From: Minisyncoccota bacterium
Lineage (GTDB): Bacteria > Patescibacteriota > Minisyncoccia > Phycocordibacterales > PALSA-1337
Length of the DNA: 64,000 nt
Assembly (NCBI GenBank): GCA_041671485.1
Contig: JBAZBL010000002.1
Coordinates: forward strand, 9,320 to 73,319
Direction of reading: 5' to 3'
Translations under genes and position numbers: made by a program
In this document: positions 27,999 through 39,223 of the stretch, piece by piece
Layout of the letters: every line of letters starts with the position of its first letter
Numbering within the stretch: position 1 is the first letter of the stretch
Notes under the pieces: model-generated
What the model saw: the letters and a program-made list of their open reading frames with translations, nothing else
The model's database searches: none
Told to the model about the DNA's origin: nothing

Positions 27999-29225
27999 TT
28001 ATTTTTTCTCCCCAGAAAAACTCAATGCCATTTTTTGTTCCTTTGGTTCGAATAGTGTTATCTTGAAATCATAAGTTTTACCCAATTCGAGAGTTTTCCT
28101 CAATTTTTCTTCAGAGCCAAATTCAGAAACATGAACCAAGCCTGCTACACCTTCTTCGATAGAAGCCAATGCACCATGCTTATTGAATTTGATAATAACT
28201 CCAGATATAGGCATATCCTTTTTGTATTTTTTACCTGCTTCTACCCATGGATTTGGCTTCAGTTGTTTTATCGATAGAGATATCTTGCCATCTTTGATCT
28301 CTATGATCTTGGCTTTGACTTTTTGTCCAACTTTTACAAAATTGCTTGGATTGTCTACGAGACCCCAGTCAATTTCTGATATATGTACCAAACCTTCCAT
28401 GCCTTCTTCTAGCTTTATGAATGCACCAAATTCTACGACACCTGTTATAGTACCCTCGACCTCATTGCCCACTTCGTATTTACTTGCTATTTCTTCTTTT
28501 TCTTTGAGTTCAGAACCCTTTTCAGAGAAAATAAGTTTGCCTTCCTTTGGGTCGGCGGTGATGATAGAAACCTGTAGTCTTGTACCAACGAGCTTCTTCA
28601 ATTCCTCGAGGATTTTGTCTTTGTCTCCGTCTGCTACTTTGGGATAATGTTCTGGTTTCAATTGTGATGCTGGAAGAAATCCAGTTATTCCTTGCCAATC
28701 GATAAGAAGTCCTCCTTTATTTGCTTCTTTTATCTGGAGATCGAGCATTTTCCTATCTTTGATTGCAGATTCTGCTTCATTCCATATGAGAGCTTGCCTT
28801 GCTTCCTTTAGAGACAGTTCGTAATAGCCTTCTTTATGTGCATTGTCTACTATCTTTGCTGCTACGATATCTCCAACATTGATCTTTTTTATAATATCGC
28901 GTGCAGTCAAAAACTCTTTACCATATATGATACCTGTACCAAATGGTGCAAGATCTATAAATACAGAAGACTTTTCTGTTGCTATCACTGGTCCCTCGAC
29001 CAAGTCACCAATCATCGGAGGGTTTTTGATCTGTGCAATAAGTTTACCCATTACGGTTGCCTTCTTTTCTTCGGCAATCCTCATTGCTTTGTCTTTTATC
29101 TTTTCCTTATCATCAGACTTTTTGTCAGAAACTTTTTTTGGAGCCTTTATCTCTATCTCTTTTTCTTTTGTCACTTTACTATCATCTTTCGAACCAGTCA
29201 GAGTTTCTCTTAATTTTTTGAACAT
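27999..29225 (-). CDS. rpsA: 30S ribosomal protein S1 (four S1 domains)
   Basis: Repeated S1 OB-fold motifs (G.V..I...GAFV.L..G..GL.H.SE). Confidence 0.75.
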   Translation of the reverse strand: MFKKLRETLTGSKDDSKVTKEKEIEIKAPKKVSDKKSDDKEKIKDKAMRIAEEKKATVMGKLIAQIKNPPMIGDLVEGPVIATEKSSVFIDLAPFGTGIIYGKEFLTARDIIKKINVGDIVAAKIVDNAHKEGYYELSLKEARQALIWNEAESAIKDRKMLDLQIKEANKGGLLIDWQGITGFLPASQLKPEHYPKVADGDKDKILEELKKLVGTRLQVSIITADPKEGKLIFSEKGSELKEKEEIASKYEVGNEVEGTITGVVEFGAFIKLEEGMEGLVHISEIDWGLVDNPSNFVKVGQKVKAKIIEIKDGKISLSIKQLKPNPWVEAGKKYKKDMPISGVIIKFNKHGALASIEEGVAGLVHVSEFGSEEKLRKTLELGKTYDFKITLFEPKEQKMALSFSGEKK

Positions 29226-29428
29226 TTTGTTTTGCCCATCTTTATAGCATTTATGATTGATGGGGCGTTCCGCTTTTTAGGCTATTAATATTTGTTGCGG
29301 GATTACGCTATTTCTAAACTTATAAAAATGGCTTATAGCCATCTTTTTCTTTTTGTAATTTAACATGGATAGGTGAAATAATCAATGTTTGGCTATTTAT
29401 CCACATTTTTGGTAATATTTAAGTAATT

Positions 29429-29818
29429 ATGAACTACAAAGGCGTAATAATTGAAGAAAGTTTAGAAAAGAAAGACATTCTCAAAGATGTCAAAATTTTA
29501 GATACAAAAGTTGAGGAAGTTGTGGAGGAGCATAAAACCCCTTGGATAAAACAATGGACTTTACATACTGTTGAGATTCTAGAAAATCAAGCAAGAGATG
29601 TCGCGGAAAAAATAAGTAAAGTATTGGATTCAAAACATGATTGGTATGCCGATTTCAAAAACGGAACCCATCATTACATTATTTTTCGCGACAAAGTTTT
29701 TTATATAGACAGAAAAAGTAAGGAGCAATATAATGAAGCAAAACATTACGGCATCTCTCTTGGCATACCTGAATATCAAGTTGATTTTGCTCCTGACGAT
29801 ACGATTTGGGAAAGATAA
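29429..29818 (+). CDS. Hypothetical protein (129 aa)
   Basis: ORF only. Confidence 0.35.
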   Translation: MNYKGVIIEESLEKKDILKDVKILDTKVEEVVEEHKTPWIKQWTLHTVEILENQARDVAEKISKVLDSKHDWYADFKNGTHHYIIFRDKVFYIDRKSKEQYNEAKHYGISLGIPEYQVDFAPDDTIWER

Positions 29819-29820
29819 TT

Positions 29821-30522
29821 ATGACAACAATTAACAAGAAAGTTTGGAGAGAATATTTTGAGAAAATCATTTCCGGTAAGAAAAAGCTGGAATTACGTCT
29901 TGCCGATTTTGAAGTGAACGAAGGAGATACTTTGGTTTTGGAAGAATGGGACAAAGACAAGAAAGAACACACCGGAAGAAAAGTTGAAGTTATCGCTACC
30001 TATATTCTCAAAACAAAAGGTCAAACTTTTTGGTCAACGGAGGAAGTTGAAAAATGCGGTTTTCAGATTATTCAGTTTGAGCCAAAAGATAGCCCTGCCC
30101 AATGTCCGAAAGTTGGTGTTGGTGTAATGATTTTGAAAGACAATAAAGTTTTGTTAGGAAAACGCAAAGGTTCACATGGCGAGGGCGAGTACGCCTTCCC
30201 CGGTGGTCATTTGGAATACATGGAATCCTTTGAGGATTGTGCTCGGCGCGAAGTAAGTGAGGAGTGCGGAATAGAAATTGATAATATTCGTTTTCAGTAT
30301 TTGGCGAATATTACCAAGTACGCACCGAAGCACTATACGCATATCGGTCTTGTGGCAGATTGGAAAAGTGTCGAGCCAAAAGTTTTAGAACCAGAAAAAT
30401 CAGAATTGTGGGGTTGGTATGAAATAGACGACTTGCCTCAACCAATTTTTGAAATGTGCAAGTTGGCTGTTCAGTGCCACAAGACAGGAAAGAACTATTT
30501 GGATGTTTCAGATTTGAAATAG
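29821..30522 (+). CDS. ASCH/PUA-like domain fused to a NUDIX hydrolase
   Basis: Nudix box GGHLEYMESFEDCARREVSEECGI. The N-terminal ~90 aa are ASCH-like. An alternative start at 29806 overlaps the upstream ORF. Confidence 0.6.
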   Translation: MTTINKKVWREYFEKIISGKKKLELRLADFEVNEGDTLVLEEWDKDKKEHTGRKVEVIATYILKTKGQTFWSTEEVEKCGFQIIQFEPKDSPAQCPKVGVGVMILKDNKVLLGKRKGSHGEGEYAFPGGHLEYMESFEDCARREVSEECGIEIDNIRFQYLANITKYAPKHYTHIGLVADWKSVEPKVLEPEKSELWGWYEIDDLPQPIFEMCKLAVQCHKTGKNYLDVSDLK

Positions 30523-30655
30523 CCACCGATTTATTTAAGAAAAGAAAGCCGAAGTCCCTACAAATTCCTCCGCAGACTTCTCAGTTTGCGAAGGTTTTAA
30601 TTCGGGAGGTTAGTCCTTATTTGAAAAATGAAAGTTTTCTTGCTATATTAATCCC

Positions 30656-31300
30656 ATGATAATCACTTACCTAGGTGGAGAATTCGTAAAAGTACAATTT
30701 GGTGATACAACGATTGCACTCAATCCTATTTCCAAAGAGTCAAATCTAAAGACATCAAAGTTTGGTGCCAGCATCGTATTGTCTAGTATCAATCATCCAG
30801 ACACAAATGGTGTCGATCAAGTCACTTTTGGCGAGAAGAAACCATTTGTCATAAATGGCCCCGGAGAATATGAAGTCGGTGGTGTATTCGTAAAAGGCTT
30901 CAAATCATTATCAAATTTTGATTACGGAGGTCAGACCTCCGTAAGGATCAATACCATCTTTACTGTAACTTTAGAAGGCATGAATATATGTTATCTCGGA
31001 GCTATAAATCAGATAGAATTACCAATAGAGGCAGATGAAGCAATAGATGATGTTGATATATTATTTGTTCCAATAGGTGGTGATGGAGTATTGGATGCAG
31101 TAAAGGCTTATAAATTGGCTATAGAAATAGGTCCCAAAATAATCATACCAATACACTACGGTGATATTGGCAATCCCAATGCATTGAAGATATTCCTAAA
31201 AGAGGCTGGCGAAAATCCTAGTCCTATGTCAAAATTAACATTGAAGAAGAAAGATCTAGATGGTAAGGAGGCAGAGGTGGTCGTGCTTGAGAAGGAGTAA
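30656..31300 (+). CDS. MBL-fold metal-dependent hydrolase (UPF0173-like)
   Basis: IPIHYGD metal-binding motif and an N-terminal beta-lactamase-fold pattern. Contains a 21-nt palindrome (family B) at 30923-30943. Confidence 0.6.
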   Translation: MIITYLGGEFVKVQFGDTTIALNPISKESNLKTSKFGASIVLSSINHPDTNGVDQVTFGEKKPFVINGPGEYEVGGVFVKGFKSLSNFDYGGQTSVRINTIFTVTLEGMNICYLGAINQIELPIEADEAIDDVDILFVPIGGDGVLDAVKAYKLAIEIGPKIIIPIHYGDIGNPNALKIFLKEAGENPSPMSKLTLKKKDLDGKEAEVVVLEKE

Positions 31301-31339
31301 TGTGGATTCCCGCTTTCGCGGGAATGACACAAAAAACAA

Positions 31340-31639
31340 ATGAGCATACAATCATATATAGAAAATTTGCGTACGAAGCCCGAACATGTTCGCAGGAGGC
31401 ATGCATTCTGGTATTCTTTTGGTGTAACTTTTGTGATATTTGCATTCTGGATATCTTCTTGGACCACTTTAGGAAATACAACCAAGGGTGTTGTAACAAA
31501 AGCTGTAGACAAAGTAGAGACTCCTGCTCAATCTCTAATTGCAGGAGTAGGTTCATTTTTCGTAGATATAAAAGATATTGTCTTTGGTCCCAAAAAGATC
31601 ATCTATTCCGAGGTTGAGGCTGTTCCGGGGAATCGATAG
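31340..31639 (+). CDS. Small membrane protein (99 aa)
   Basis: ORF with one TM helix. A hairpin attcccgctttcgcgggaat precedes it. Confidence 0.3.
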   Translation: MSIQSYIENLRTKPEHVRRRHAFWYSFGVTFVIFAFWISSWTTLGNTTKGVVTKAVDKVETPAQSLIAGVGSFFVDIKDIVFGPKKIIYSEVEAVPGNR

Positions 31640-31673
31640 GGTACTAGTATACTTGCTATTTTAGATATATATA

Positions 31674-32825
31674 TTGTATACTATACCCATGAATTATAAT
31701 AGAATAATAAGCAAGGCTTTACTTGAAAATATAGGCAAAAAACCTATATTGGTACTTTATGGTGCGAGACAGGTCGGTAAAACAACATTGATAAAATCCA
31801 TTTTGGAAAAGTTTACAAAGACATTGTATTTACAAGGAGATGACCCGAAGGATGCTTTACTACTTGAACATAGATCAACAGATGAGCTTAGAGATCTCGT
31901 GTCAGGTTACGATCTCGTTGTTATTGATGAGGCTCAGAGAGTGAAAGATATCGGTACGACGCTCAAGTTGATCGCTGATAATGTAAAAGATGTGAGAGTC
32001 ATTGCATCAGGGTCGTCTGCATTTGAATTGGCTAATAGGTTGAGTGAGCCTCTGACAGGTAGAAATCGTAAATTTTATCTTTACCCACTGTCCATGTCGG
32101 AACTGATAGAGGCATACGGGAAAATAAATACGAGCAAAGAACTCGAGACATATATGTCCTTTGGCATGTATCCAAAGATCGTATCCGCAGAGTCTAGAGA
32201 GGAAAAAGCACTTCTAGTAAAAGAGTTGGCAGGGGATTATCTATTCAAGGACTTGTTCATGTTCGGAGACATTCGAAACTCATTTGCTTTTGAAAAACTC
32301 ATAAAACTCCTGGCACTTCGCATAGGTGGCGAGATTTCTTACTCAGAATTGGCAAAAGAAGTCGGAATAAGTAGAGATACGGTGTTGAATTATATCAAAT
32401 TACTTGAACAAGCGTTCATAATATTCCGATTGACACCTCTATACACCAATAAGTCCAAGGAGATAAACAAAAGCCACAAGATATATTTCTATGATGTTGG
32501 TATCAGAAATGCTCTCATCAATAATACCGATCCAATGGAATTGCGTCTAGATAAAGGTGCGATTTTTGAGAATTTCTTTATCGCAGAAAAAGTGAAAGAA
32601 AAAGAATATTCTGGTCGTACAAGTGAAATCCATTTCTGGAAGAGTCGCAGTGGAAGTGAGGTCGATTTTGTCGAAGTCTCTGGTGGTTCTATCAATGCTT
32701 TTGAATGTAAATGGAAGGAAGTGGTTAAGGCTCCGAAGACGTGGTTAGAAACATATCCAAAATCAAGCTTTGAATGTGTCACAACAGAAAATATACTCGA
32801 TTCATTTGCTGTCAAAACTTTATAA
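31674..32825 (+). CDS. AAA-family ATPase with DUF4143-like C-terminal domain
   Basis: Walker A GARQVGKTTL and Walker B DLVVIDEAQRV. Confidence 0.65.
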   Translation: MYTIPMNYNRIISKALLENIGKKPILVLYGARQVGKTTLIKSILEKFTKTLYLQGDDPKDALLLEHRSTDELRDLVSGYDLVVIDEAQRVKDIGTTLKLIADNVKDVRVIASGSSAFELANRLSEPLTGRNRKFYLYPLSMSELIEAYGKINTSKELETYMSFGMYPKIVSAESREEKALLVKELAGDYLFKDLFMFGDIRNSFAFEKLIKLLALRIGGEISYSELAKEVGISRDTVLNYIKLLEQAFIIFRLTPLYTNKSKEINKSHKIYFYDVGIRNALINNTDPMELRLDKGAIFENFFIAEKVKEKEYSGRTSEIHFWKSRSGSEVDFVEVSGGSINAFECKWKEVVKAPKTWLETYPKSSFECVTTENILDSFAVKTL

Positions 32826-32894
32826 AGTATAAGAGTCAAAACAGATATTTCCTTGATGACAAACACTCTTTTTCTTGCTAGAATGATATAGTAA

Positions 32895-32915
32895 TACCGA
32901 GATCGGATCTCGGTA
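32895..32915. repeat. Palindrome family A copy 2 (taCCGAGATCgGATCTCGGta)
   Basis: Perfect 10-nt arms. Sits 13 nt upstream of the gyrA start. Confidence 0.6.
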
Positions 32916-32927
32916 AAAGTATTAAAA

Positions 32928-35414
32928 ATGGCAAAAAAGAATGAAAATAATGAAATGAAGATAAGGCCGGTAAATACGGCCGGAGTTGTTTCGCGGTCTA
33001 TAACAACAGAGATGCGTGAGTCATTCCTCGACTATGCAATGTCAGTTATCACAGATAGGGCATTGCCAGATGTAAGAGATGGTTTGAAGCCAGTGCATCG
33101 TCGTATCTTATACGCAATGCATGAAAAAGGTTTGACGGCTTCGGTCAAATTTCGCAAATCTGCTGTCGTAGTCGGTGATGTACTCGGTAATTATCATCCT
33201 CATGGTGATGTAGCTGTTTATGATTCTTTGGTAAAGATGGCTCAAGACTTTACCATGCGATATCCTCTGGTACAAGGTCAAGGAAACTTTGGTACGGTAG
33301 ATGGCGACAATGCCGCTGCTATGCGTTATACAGAGTCCAGAATGTCCAAGATCGCAGCAGAACTCTTGCGAGATATAGATAAAGATACAGTTAACTTTCG
33401 TCCGAACTACGATGGTACCAAGAAAGAACCGATAGTCTTGCCAACTGCTGTACCAAACTTGCTCCTGAATGGAACGCTGGGCATAGCAGTCGGTATGGCA
33501 ACGAATATACCACCACACAATCTTCGTGAAGTTCTAGATGCAACTATGCATCTCGTAGAAGATTCGGGTGCAAGTACAGAAGATTTGCTCAAATTTATAA
33601 AGGGTCCTGATTTTCCTACAGGGGCCATCATGTATGGAGAAAAAGATATTCAACATGCATATTCTACTGGACGTGGTGGTATCGTTGTCCGTGGTGAAGC
33701 AGAGATAGTAGAAGACAAAAAAGGACAATTCCAGATCATCATAAGTTCTATCCCTTATAGAGTGAATAAATCATCACTTATTATGCGTATTGCTGATCTT
33801 GTCCGTGAAAAGTCTATAGAAGGTGTAAAAGCACTACGTGATGAATCTGATAAAGAATTGAGGATAGCGATAGACCTAAAACAAGGTTCATTCCCGGAAA
33901 AGATCTTGAATCAGCTTTACAAACATACACAACTCGAAGAGACATTTCATGTAAATATAGTTGCTCTAGTAGACGGTGTTCCTCACACTTTGGGCCTAAA
34001 GACAATATTAGAAGAATTTGTAGATCATAGGATAGAGGTTATACGTCGAAGAACAAAGTTTGACCTCAACAAAGCCGAAGAACGCGAGCATATACTTCTA
34101 GGCCTGAAAAAAGCACTCGATCATATAGATGAAATAATTACTCTTATACGTGCATCGAAAGATGTCCTAGAAGCTCATGCTGGCCTCATGAAGAAATTCA
34201 AGTTTAGTGATAGACAAGCAACAGCAATATTAGAAATGAAATTGCAAAGATTGGCAGGACTTGAGAGAAAGAAAGTTCTAGACGAATTGGAACAAGTACA
34301 AAAACTCATTATCGAACTCAAAAGTATTCTTGACAGTGATAAGAAAGTCCGTGGCATCATAAAGACAGAACTTTCAGATATTAGAGAAAAGTATGGTGAT
34401 GATAGGAGGACAAAACTGGTCAAACATGGTGTCAAAGAATTTAGTGCAGAAGACCTTATCGCTGATGAAGAATCTGTTTTGGTTTTGACAAAGGGTGGCT
34501 ATATAAAGAGAACTGATCCTTCGGAATATAGAAAACAAAAGAGGGGTGGTGTAGGTGTTATAGACCTAGATACAAAAGAAGAAGATTTCATAACTCATCT
34601 CGTATATGCAACAACTCACAATGATATTTTATTCTTTACCGACAAAGGCAAAGCTTATCAGATAAGGATGTTCGAAATACCAGAAGGCAAACGTGCCACA
34701 AAAGGCAAATCAATAATGAATTTTCTTTCTCTAGCAGATGGAGAAAGAGTGACTTCTATATTGCCTATGCCAAAAGACAAAAAAGTAGCAGAAGGTCTAT
34801 CACTCATGATGGTGACAAAGAATGGCACAGGCAAAAAGAGCTCGGCAAAATATTTTCGAGATGTACGAAGGTCAGGACTCATCGCTATCACTCTAGATGA
34901 AAAAGACGAATTGATCCAAGCATCATTTGTCACAAAGAGTGATGATATAGTCCTAGCTACAAAACAAGGTCAGTCAATACGATTCAAAGAAAGCGATGTT
35001 CGTGAAATGGGTAGAAATGCTTCTGGAGTGAGAGTTATCAAGCTCGATAAATCTGGCAAATCTGAAAGTGATGAAGTAATTTCTGCAGATATCGTTTCCA
35101 AGGATGCAAAAGATCCAGCATTGTTTGTCATGAGTGCAAATGGTTATGGCAAGAAGACAGAACTTTCTGAATACAAAACACAAAAGCGTGGTGGTTCTGG
35201 CATACTCACCATGAAAGTCACAACAAAGACTGGTCCACTAATATCTGCAAAAGCAATTGTAGAAGGAGATGAAGAGATAGTTGCTATGTCGAAGAAAAGC
35301 CAAGTAATAAGAGTTGATATCAAAGAAATTCCAACTCTAAGTAGAGCTACACAAGGAGTCCGTGTTATGAAGCTTCGAGAAGGGGATACTTTGGCGAGTT
35401 TGATTTGTTTGTAA
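32928..35414 (+). CDS. gyrA: DNA gyrase subunit A
   Basis: Active-site region AAMRYTE, QRR region, and C-terminal beta-pinwheel repeats. 828 aa. Confidence 0.9.
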   Translation: MAKKNENNEMKIRPVNTAGVVSRSITTEMRESFLDYAMSVITDRALPDVRDGLKPVHRRILYAMHEKGLTASVKFRKSAVVVGDVLGNYHPHGDVAVYDSLVKMAQDFTMRYPLVQGQGNFGTVDGDNAAAMRYTESRMSKIAAELLRDIDKDTVNFRPNYDGTKKEPIVLPTAVPNLLLNGTLGIAVGMATNIPPHNLREVLDATMHLVEDSGASTEDLLKFIKGPDFPTGAIMYGEKDIQHAYSTGRGGIVVRGEAEIVEDKKGQFQIIISSIPYRVNKSSLIMRIADLVREKSIEGVKALRDESDKELRIAIDLKQGSFPEKILNQLYKHTQLEETFHVNIVALVDGVPHTLGLKTILEEFVDHRIEVIRRRTKFDLNKAEEREHILLGLKKALDHIDEIITLIRASKDVLEAHAGLMKKFKFSDRQATAILEMKLQRLAGLERKKVLDELEQVQKLIIELKSILDSDKKVRGIIKTELSDIREKYGDDRRTKLVKHGVKEFSAEDLIADEESVLVLTKGGYIKRTDPSEYRKQKRGGVGVIDLDTKEEDFITHLVYATTHNDILFFTDKGKAYQIRMFEIPEGKRATKGKSIMNFLSLADGERVTSILPMPKDKKVAEGLSLMMVTKNGTGKKSSAKYFRDVRRSGLIAITLDEKDELIQASFVTKSDDIVLATKQGQSIRFKESDVREMGRNASGVRVIKLDKSGKSESDEVISADIVSKDAKDPALFVMSANGYGKKTELSEYKTQKRGGSGILTMKVTTKTGPLISAKAIVEGDEEIVAMSKKSQVIRVDIKEIPTLSRATQGVRVMKLREGDTLASLICL

Positions 35415-35439
35415 ATTATTATTGAGCTATAATTAGCAT

Positions 35440-35958
35440 ATGTTTTCTGACCCTACTCAAAATATAGGAAAGTTGGGACTAATACATGGAATGAAAGTAG
35501 TGGATCTTGGTGCAGGATCTGGTTTTTATACATTGGAAGCTGCAAGAAGAGTTGGAGCTGACGGAAGAGTATATGCAGTAGATGTACAAAAGAATTTGCT
35601 TGAACGCATAAGGACAAATGGAGCGCAAGAGGGACTCCGAAATATCGAAGTTGTTTGGGGCAATGCAGAGAAGATAGGCGGAACAAAGTTGCGTGAATCT
35701 ATAGCAGACATGGTTATTGCTTCAAATGTATTGTTTCAGATAGAAAAGCCAGATGAATTTGCTCTGGAGACAAAAAGATTATTGAAGCAAGGAGGCAAAG
35801 TATTGATAATAGATTGGAGTGAATTGAGCCCTATGGGACCACAAAATATTTTTACAGCCAATAAAGCACAAATGTTATTTGAGAAATCTGGATTCAAACT
35901 AGAGCAATCTTTCTCTGCTGGTGACCATCATTATGGGCTAATATTTATAAGACCATGA
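35440..35958 (+). CDS. Class I SAM-dependent methyltransferase
   Basis: Motif I VVDLGAGSGFYT. Confidence 0.6.
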   Translation: MFSDPTQNIGKLGLIHGMKVVDLGAGSGFYTLEAARRVGADGRVYAVDVQKNLLERIRTNGAQEGLRNIEVVWGNAEKIGGTKLRESIADMVIASNVLFQIEKPDEFALETKRLLKQGGKVLIIDWSELSPMGPQNIFTANKAQMLFEKSGFKLEQSFSAGDHHYGLIFIRP

Positions 35959-37250
35959 GTAAATTCCAAATAATAGTATTGGGAGTATTTGTTCTGGCTA
36001 TAATTGTCGGAGTAGCTACTTTTGCTACATACAAAGGTAGAGGAGGATCTAGTACACAATTACCACCTATCACAATCTGGGGTACATTTCCTGCAGAAAC
36101 TTTCAATAGTTATATATCCAAGATCAATCAAACTTTTTCTTTGCCATTAAGTATTTCTTATACAGAGATAAATCCAAATTCTTTTTCCAAACAATTTATC
36201 GCTGCTCTAGCTAGAGGGACTGGACCAGACGCCATATTGATATCGGCTGATATGATATTGCCACATTTGGATAAAATAACTCCTATACCATATGAAGCAT
36301 TACCACAGAGAACATTTATGGATTCTTATATAAATGAAGCACAGATATATGTAGGAGATGGTGGTATCCTAGCAATTCCTTTTGTAGTAGATCCATTACT
36401 TATGTATTGGAATAAAGACATGTTTGCTTCCGCCAATATAGCAACATATCCAAAATATTGGGATGATTTTACTGAATTGAATAAAAAGCTAACAGTCAAA
36501 GACAATAATGGAAATATAAGAAAGTCTGCTATTGCAATGGGAGACTTTGTAAATATAGCAAATGCAAGAGAGATCCTAGGAACACTCATACTTCAATTGG
36601 GGAATCCAGTTACAGTGAAAAATCAAGATGGATATATTTCAAGTACTATCAATACTTCTAATTCGACGAATCCAATCTCTGCTGTCCAATACTTTACTCA
36701 ATTTGTAAATCCAAATAGTTCAAATTATTCTTGGAATAGAGGAATGCAAAATTCCAAAACTGCTTTCTTATCTGGTACACTCGCTACATATTTTGGCTTT
36801 GCATCTGAACTCAAAGATATTCGTTCCAAGAATTCAAATCTCAATTTTGATGTTGCAGTCTTGCCACAGATGAAAGTTGGTGGTATGAAAGCTAGTTATG
36901 GCAAACTATACGGCTTCTCTGTAGTAAAGGCCTCAACAAATCAAAATGCTGCATATCAAACTTTTACCATGATAACAAATCCAAATAGTTTGAGAGTTTT
37001 GTCGGAAATGACATATTTGCCATCCGTTAGTATCGATCTTATTGCCCAAGGTTCAAAAGATCCATATATAACAGTATTCAATGGCGTTGCACTTATCGCC
37101 AAGACTTGGCTTGATGCAGATCCCATACAATCCAATAGGATATTTGGCAATATGGTAGATGCTATAACTAGTGGAGCGAAGAATATTTCGGAAGCCATAA
37201 ATGATACTGGAGACCAGTATGATGTATTGTTGTATCAAGCGACACAATAA
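35955..37250 (+). CDS. Extracellular solute-binding protein (ABC transporter SBP-like)
   Basis: N-terminal TM/signal anchor and periplasmic SBP-like composition. Family-level call only. Confidence 0.4.
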   Translation: MSKFQIIVLGVFVLAIIVGVATFATYKGRGGSSTQLPPITIWGTFPAETFNSYISKINQTFSLPLSISYTEINPNSFSKQFIAALARGTGPDAILISADMILPHLDKITPIPYEALPQRTFMDSYINEAQIYVGDGGILAIPFVVDPLLMYWNKDMFASANIATYPKYWDDFTELNKKLTVKDNNGNIRKSAIAMGDFVNIANAREILGTLILQLGNPVTVKNQDGYISSTINTSNSTNPISAVQYFTQFVNPNSSNYSWNRGMQNSKTAFLSGTLATYFGFASELKDIRSKNSNLNFDVAVLPQMKVGGMKASYGKLYGFSVVKASTNQNAAYQTFTMITNPNSLRVLSEMTYLPSVSIDLIAQGSKDPYITVFNGVALIAKTWLDADPIQSNRIFGNMVDAITSGAKNISEAINDTGDQYDVLLYQATQ

Positions 37251-37304
37251 TAGATTACAAATGTTCCGCCTTCGCCAAGGCTTCGGTGGACAAGCAAAAT
37301 CCAG

Positions 37305-37766
37305 ATGACAAATCAATTTCAAAATCCAAAGTATCTAATTATTATTGTTCTTTTGGTCATGGTATTGACTCCGATGCTAGTCAATGCAGCCAATCCTATA
37401 ACAGATGTATTCAATAGTAATTTCAAACTTTCTGTTTGCGATGGCCCTGCCAAGAATCCAAATGCAAATGCAACGAACTATCCCAATGGTTATGTAGCAT
37501 GCGACTTCAATGGTCTCATGTTACAAGCACAGCATCTTATTAATGTTTTTATAATATTTGGTGTTTTGGCGGCGATAGTAAGTTTTAGTTATGCTGGGTA
37601 TCTATATATTACTGGTGTAGAGAAAAATATAAGTCATGCAAGAGAGATCTTCCGTAAAACTGGCATAGGTCTTATAATGATGTTGACTGCATGGTTTGTT
37701 GTTTATCAGATACTGGACTGGCTAGTCGCAGATCCGGGGGTAAAGACACTTTTGGGGACACCATAA
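37305..37766 (+). CDS. Small secreted 2-TM protein, paralog 1 (VirB2/TrbC-pilin-like topology)
   Basis: Signal peptide plus two hydrophobic helices. First of six tandem paralogs. Confidence 0.5.
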   Translation: MTNQFQNPKYLIIIVLLVMVLTPMLVNAANPITDVFNSNFKLSVCDGPAKNPNANATNYPNGYVACDFNGLMLQAQHLINVFIIFGVLAAIVSFSYAGYLYITGVEKNISHAREIFRKTGIGLIMMLTAWFVVYQILDWLVADPGVKTLLGTP

Positions 37767-37783
37767 TTGTTGAATAAATATAT

Positions 37784-38272
37784 ATGAGAAAAATTATTTT
37801 TATAACTATAATTGCAGTCTTAATTGCTACTGGACCATTATCTGTATTTGCACAGAATTTATCAAATCAGACAGGTGGATCAACGTCAGGACAGACCGGA
37901 GGATCAACATCAGGACAAACTGGTGGTCCAAGTAATTCAAACACGAATACAATAACTCTAAAGAATCCACTAAAACCAGAAATAAACTCTGTTGGTGCAA
38001 TAGTGAGTGAAGGAGTGAAAATCTTTAGTTATGTTGTTGTCTTATTTGCTGTAATTGTACTTATATGGGTTGGCTTGCAATTTATTCTTGCAAGAGGTAA
38101 TGCAGAAGAATTGAAAAAGCTCAAACTATGGCTTACATGGGTAGTTGTTGGTGTTGCTATAGTCATAGGTGCTAGGATAATCATAGAATTGGTCATAAAC
38201 ACTTTGAGCTCTACGAATCTGGTCGATCAAAATGTTATTCAAAGTGCAGGTCAAGCTATAAGGAGTCAATAA
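37784..38272 (+). CDS. Small secreted 2-TM protein, paralog 2 (with GGSTSGQT repeats)
   Basis: Same architecture. Carries a tandem GGSTSGQT x3 low-complexity insert. Confidence 0.5.
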   Translation: MRKIIFITIIAVLIATGPLSVFAQNLSNQTGGSTSGQTGGSTSGQTGGPSNSNTNTITLKNPLKPEINSVGAIVSEGVKIFSYVVVLFAVIVLIWVGLQFILARGNAEELKKLKLWLTWVVVGVAIVIGARIIIELVINTLSSTNLVDQNVIQSAGQAIRSQ

Positions 38273-38293
38273 AATATTTATAAATAAAATAAT

Positions 38294-38689
38294 ATGAATA
38301 AAAAAATATATATAACAATATCGTCACTTGCTCTAGTATGTTTGCCACTATTTGCATTTGCTCAACAAAAGAAAGATTTGAATTATCTCATTTCTTTGTT
38401 TACAGATTATCTCAATAAAATACTATTGGTGATGATGGGTGTGGCCGTAGTTTTGTTCGTCTATTACATAATCAAATTCTTCTTAAGGCCAAGTGACAAA
38501 AGAGAAGAAGGTGCAAAATATCTCATGTGGAGTATTATTGGTTTCTTCATCATCTTATCATTTTGGGGTGTAGTGAATGTTCTGAAAAATACTTTCAATC
38601 TCGATAGTGAACGTCCTGCTTCATGGAGCGATTTCTTCAATATTTTTCCTAGAAATACTAATTCTGGAGGTACGACCTTAACTAGATAA
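38294..38689 (+). CDS. Small secreted 2-TM protein, paralog 3
   Basis: Shared motif W.I.G..I..S.WG.VN.L.NTF. Confidence 0.5.
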   Translation: MNKKIYITISSLALVCLPLFAFAQQKKDLNYLISLFTDYLNKILLVMMGVAVVLFVYYIIKFFLRPSDKREEGAKYLMWSIIGFFIILSFWGVVNVLKNTFNLDSERPASWSDFFNIFPRNTNSGGTTLTR

Positions 38690-38700
38690 ACTGATAGGCA

Positions 38701-39123
38701 ATGAATCAAACAGTATTCAATACAATAAATAATGCGAATGACCTATTTGGAAGATTGATGTATCTTGGCAATCTCATAATATATCTACTAATAGCTCTCG
38801 GTGTTGTATATATAGTATGGAATATAGTTATATATTTTATCAAAGGCAAAGAGGGCGATGAGAATCGTAGAGAGTCTGGCAAACATATTATGTGGGGTAT
38901 AGTTGGTCTGGCGATAATATTATCAGTTTGGGGCTTGGTCAATATTTTGGTCAATACATTTAGGACAAATCCTAATGAACCAAGAGATCGTTTCCCAAAT
39001 GCTGACTTCGTCAATTCTCAATCAGGACAAACTAATTCAGGCCAATACTATGATCGTAATATAGATAATCGTATGATTGACGCCCCTCAAGGCTGGGAGA
39101 GACAATATGAGAATATGATCTGA
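38701..39123 (+). CDS. Small secreted 2-TM protein, paralog 4
   Basis: IMWGIVGLAIILSVWGLVNILVNTF. Confidence 0.5.
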   Translation: MNQTVFNTINNANDLFGRLMYLGNLIIYLLIALGVVYIVWNIVIYFIKGKEGDENRRESGKHIMWGIVGLAIILSVWGLVNILVNTFRTNPNEPRDRFPNADFVNSQSGQTNSGQYYDRNIDNRMIDAPQGWERQYENMI

Positions 39124-39223
39124 TATATTACAATCCACAGCTAGTGTTGCTATATCTGTGTATAAACATATATAATTAGATTACATAATGTACGTTTATT
39201 TATTAGGTTAATATTAATTAAAA

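Noticed and set aside
28183-29247. Plus-strand ORFs antisense to rpsA
   Set aside because: They overlap a well-supported S1 protein gene and have low-complexity products.
31300-31336. Hairpin attcccgctttcgcgggaat after the MBL hydrolase gene as a terminator
   Set aside because: No downstream U-run on either strand. Kept only as a note.
37860-37925. Tandem 24-nt DNA repeats (possible CRISPR-like signal)
   Set aside because: They are in-frame coding repeats (GGSTSGQT x3) inside paralog 2, with no spacers. No CRISPR array exists in this window.
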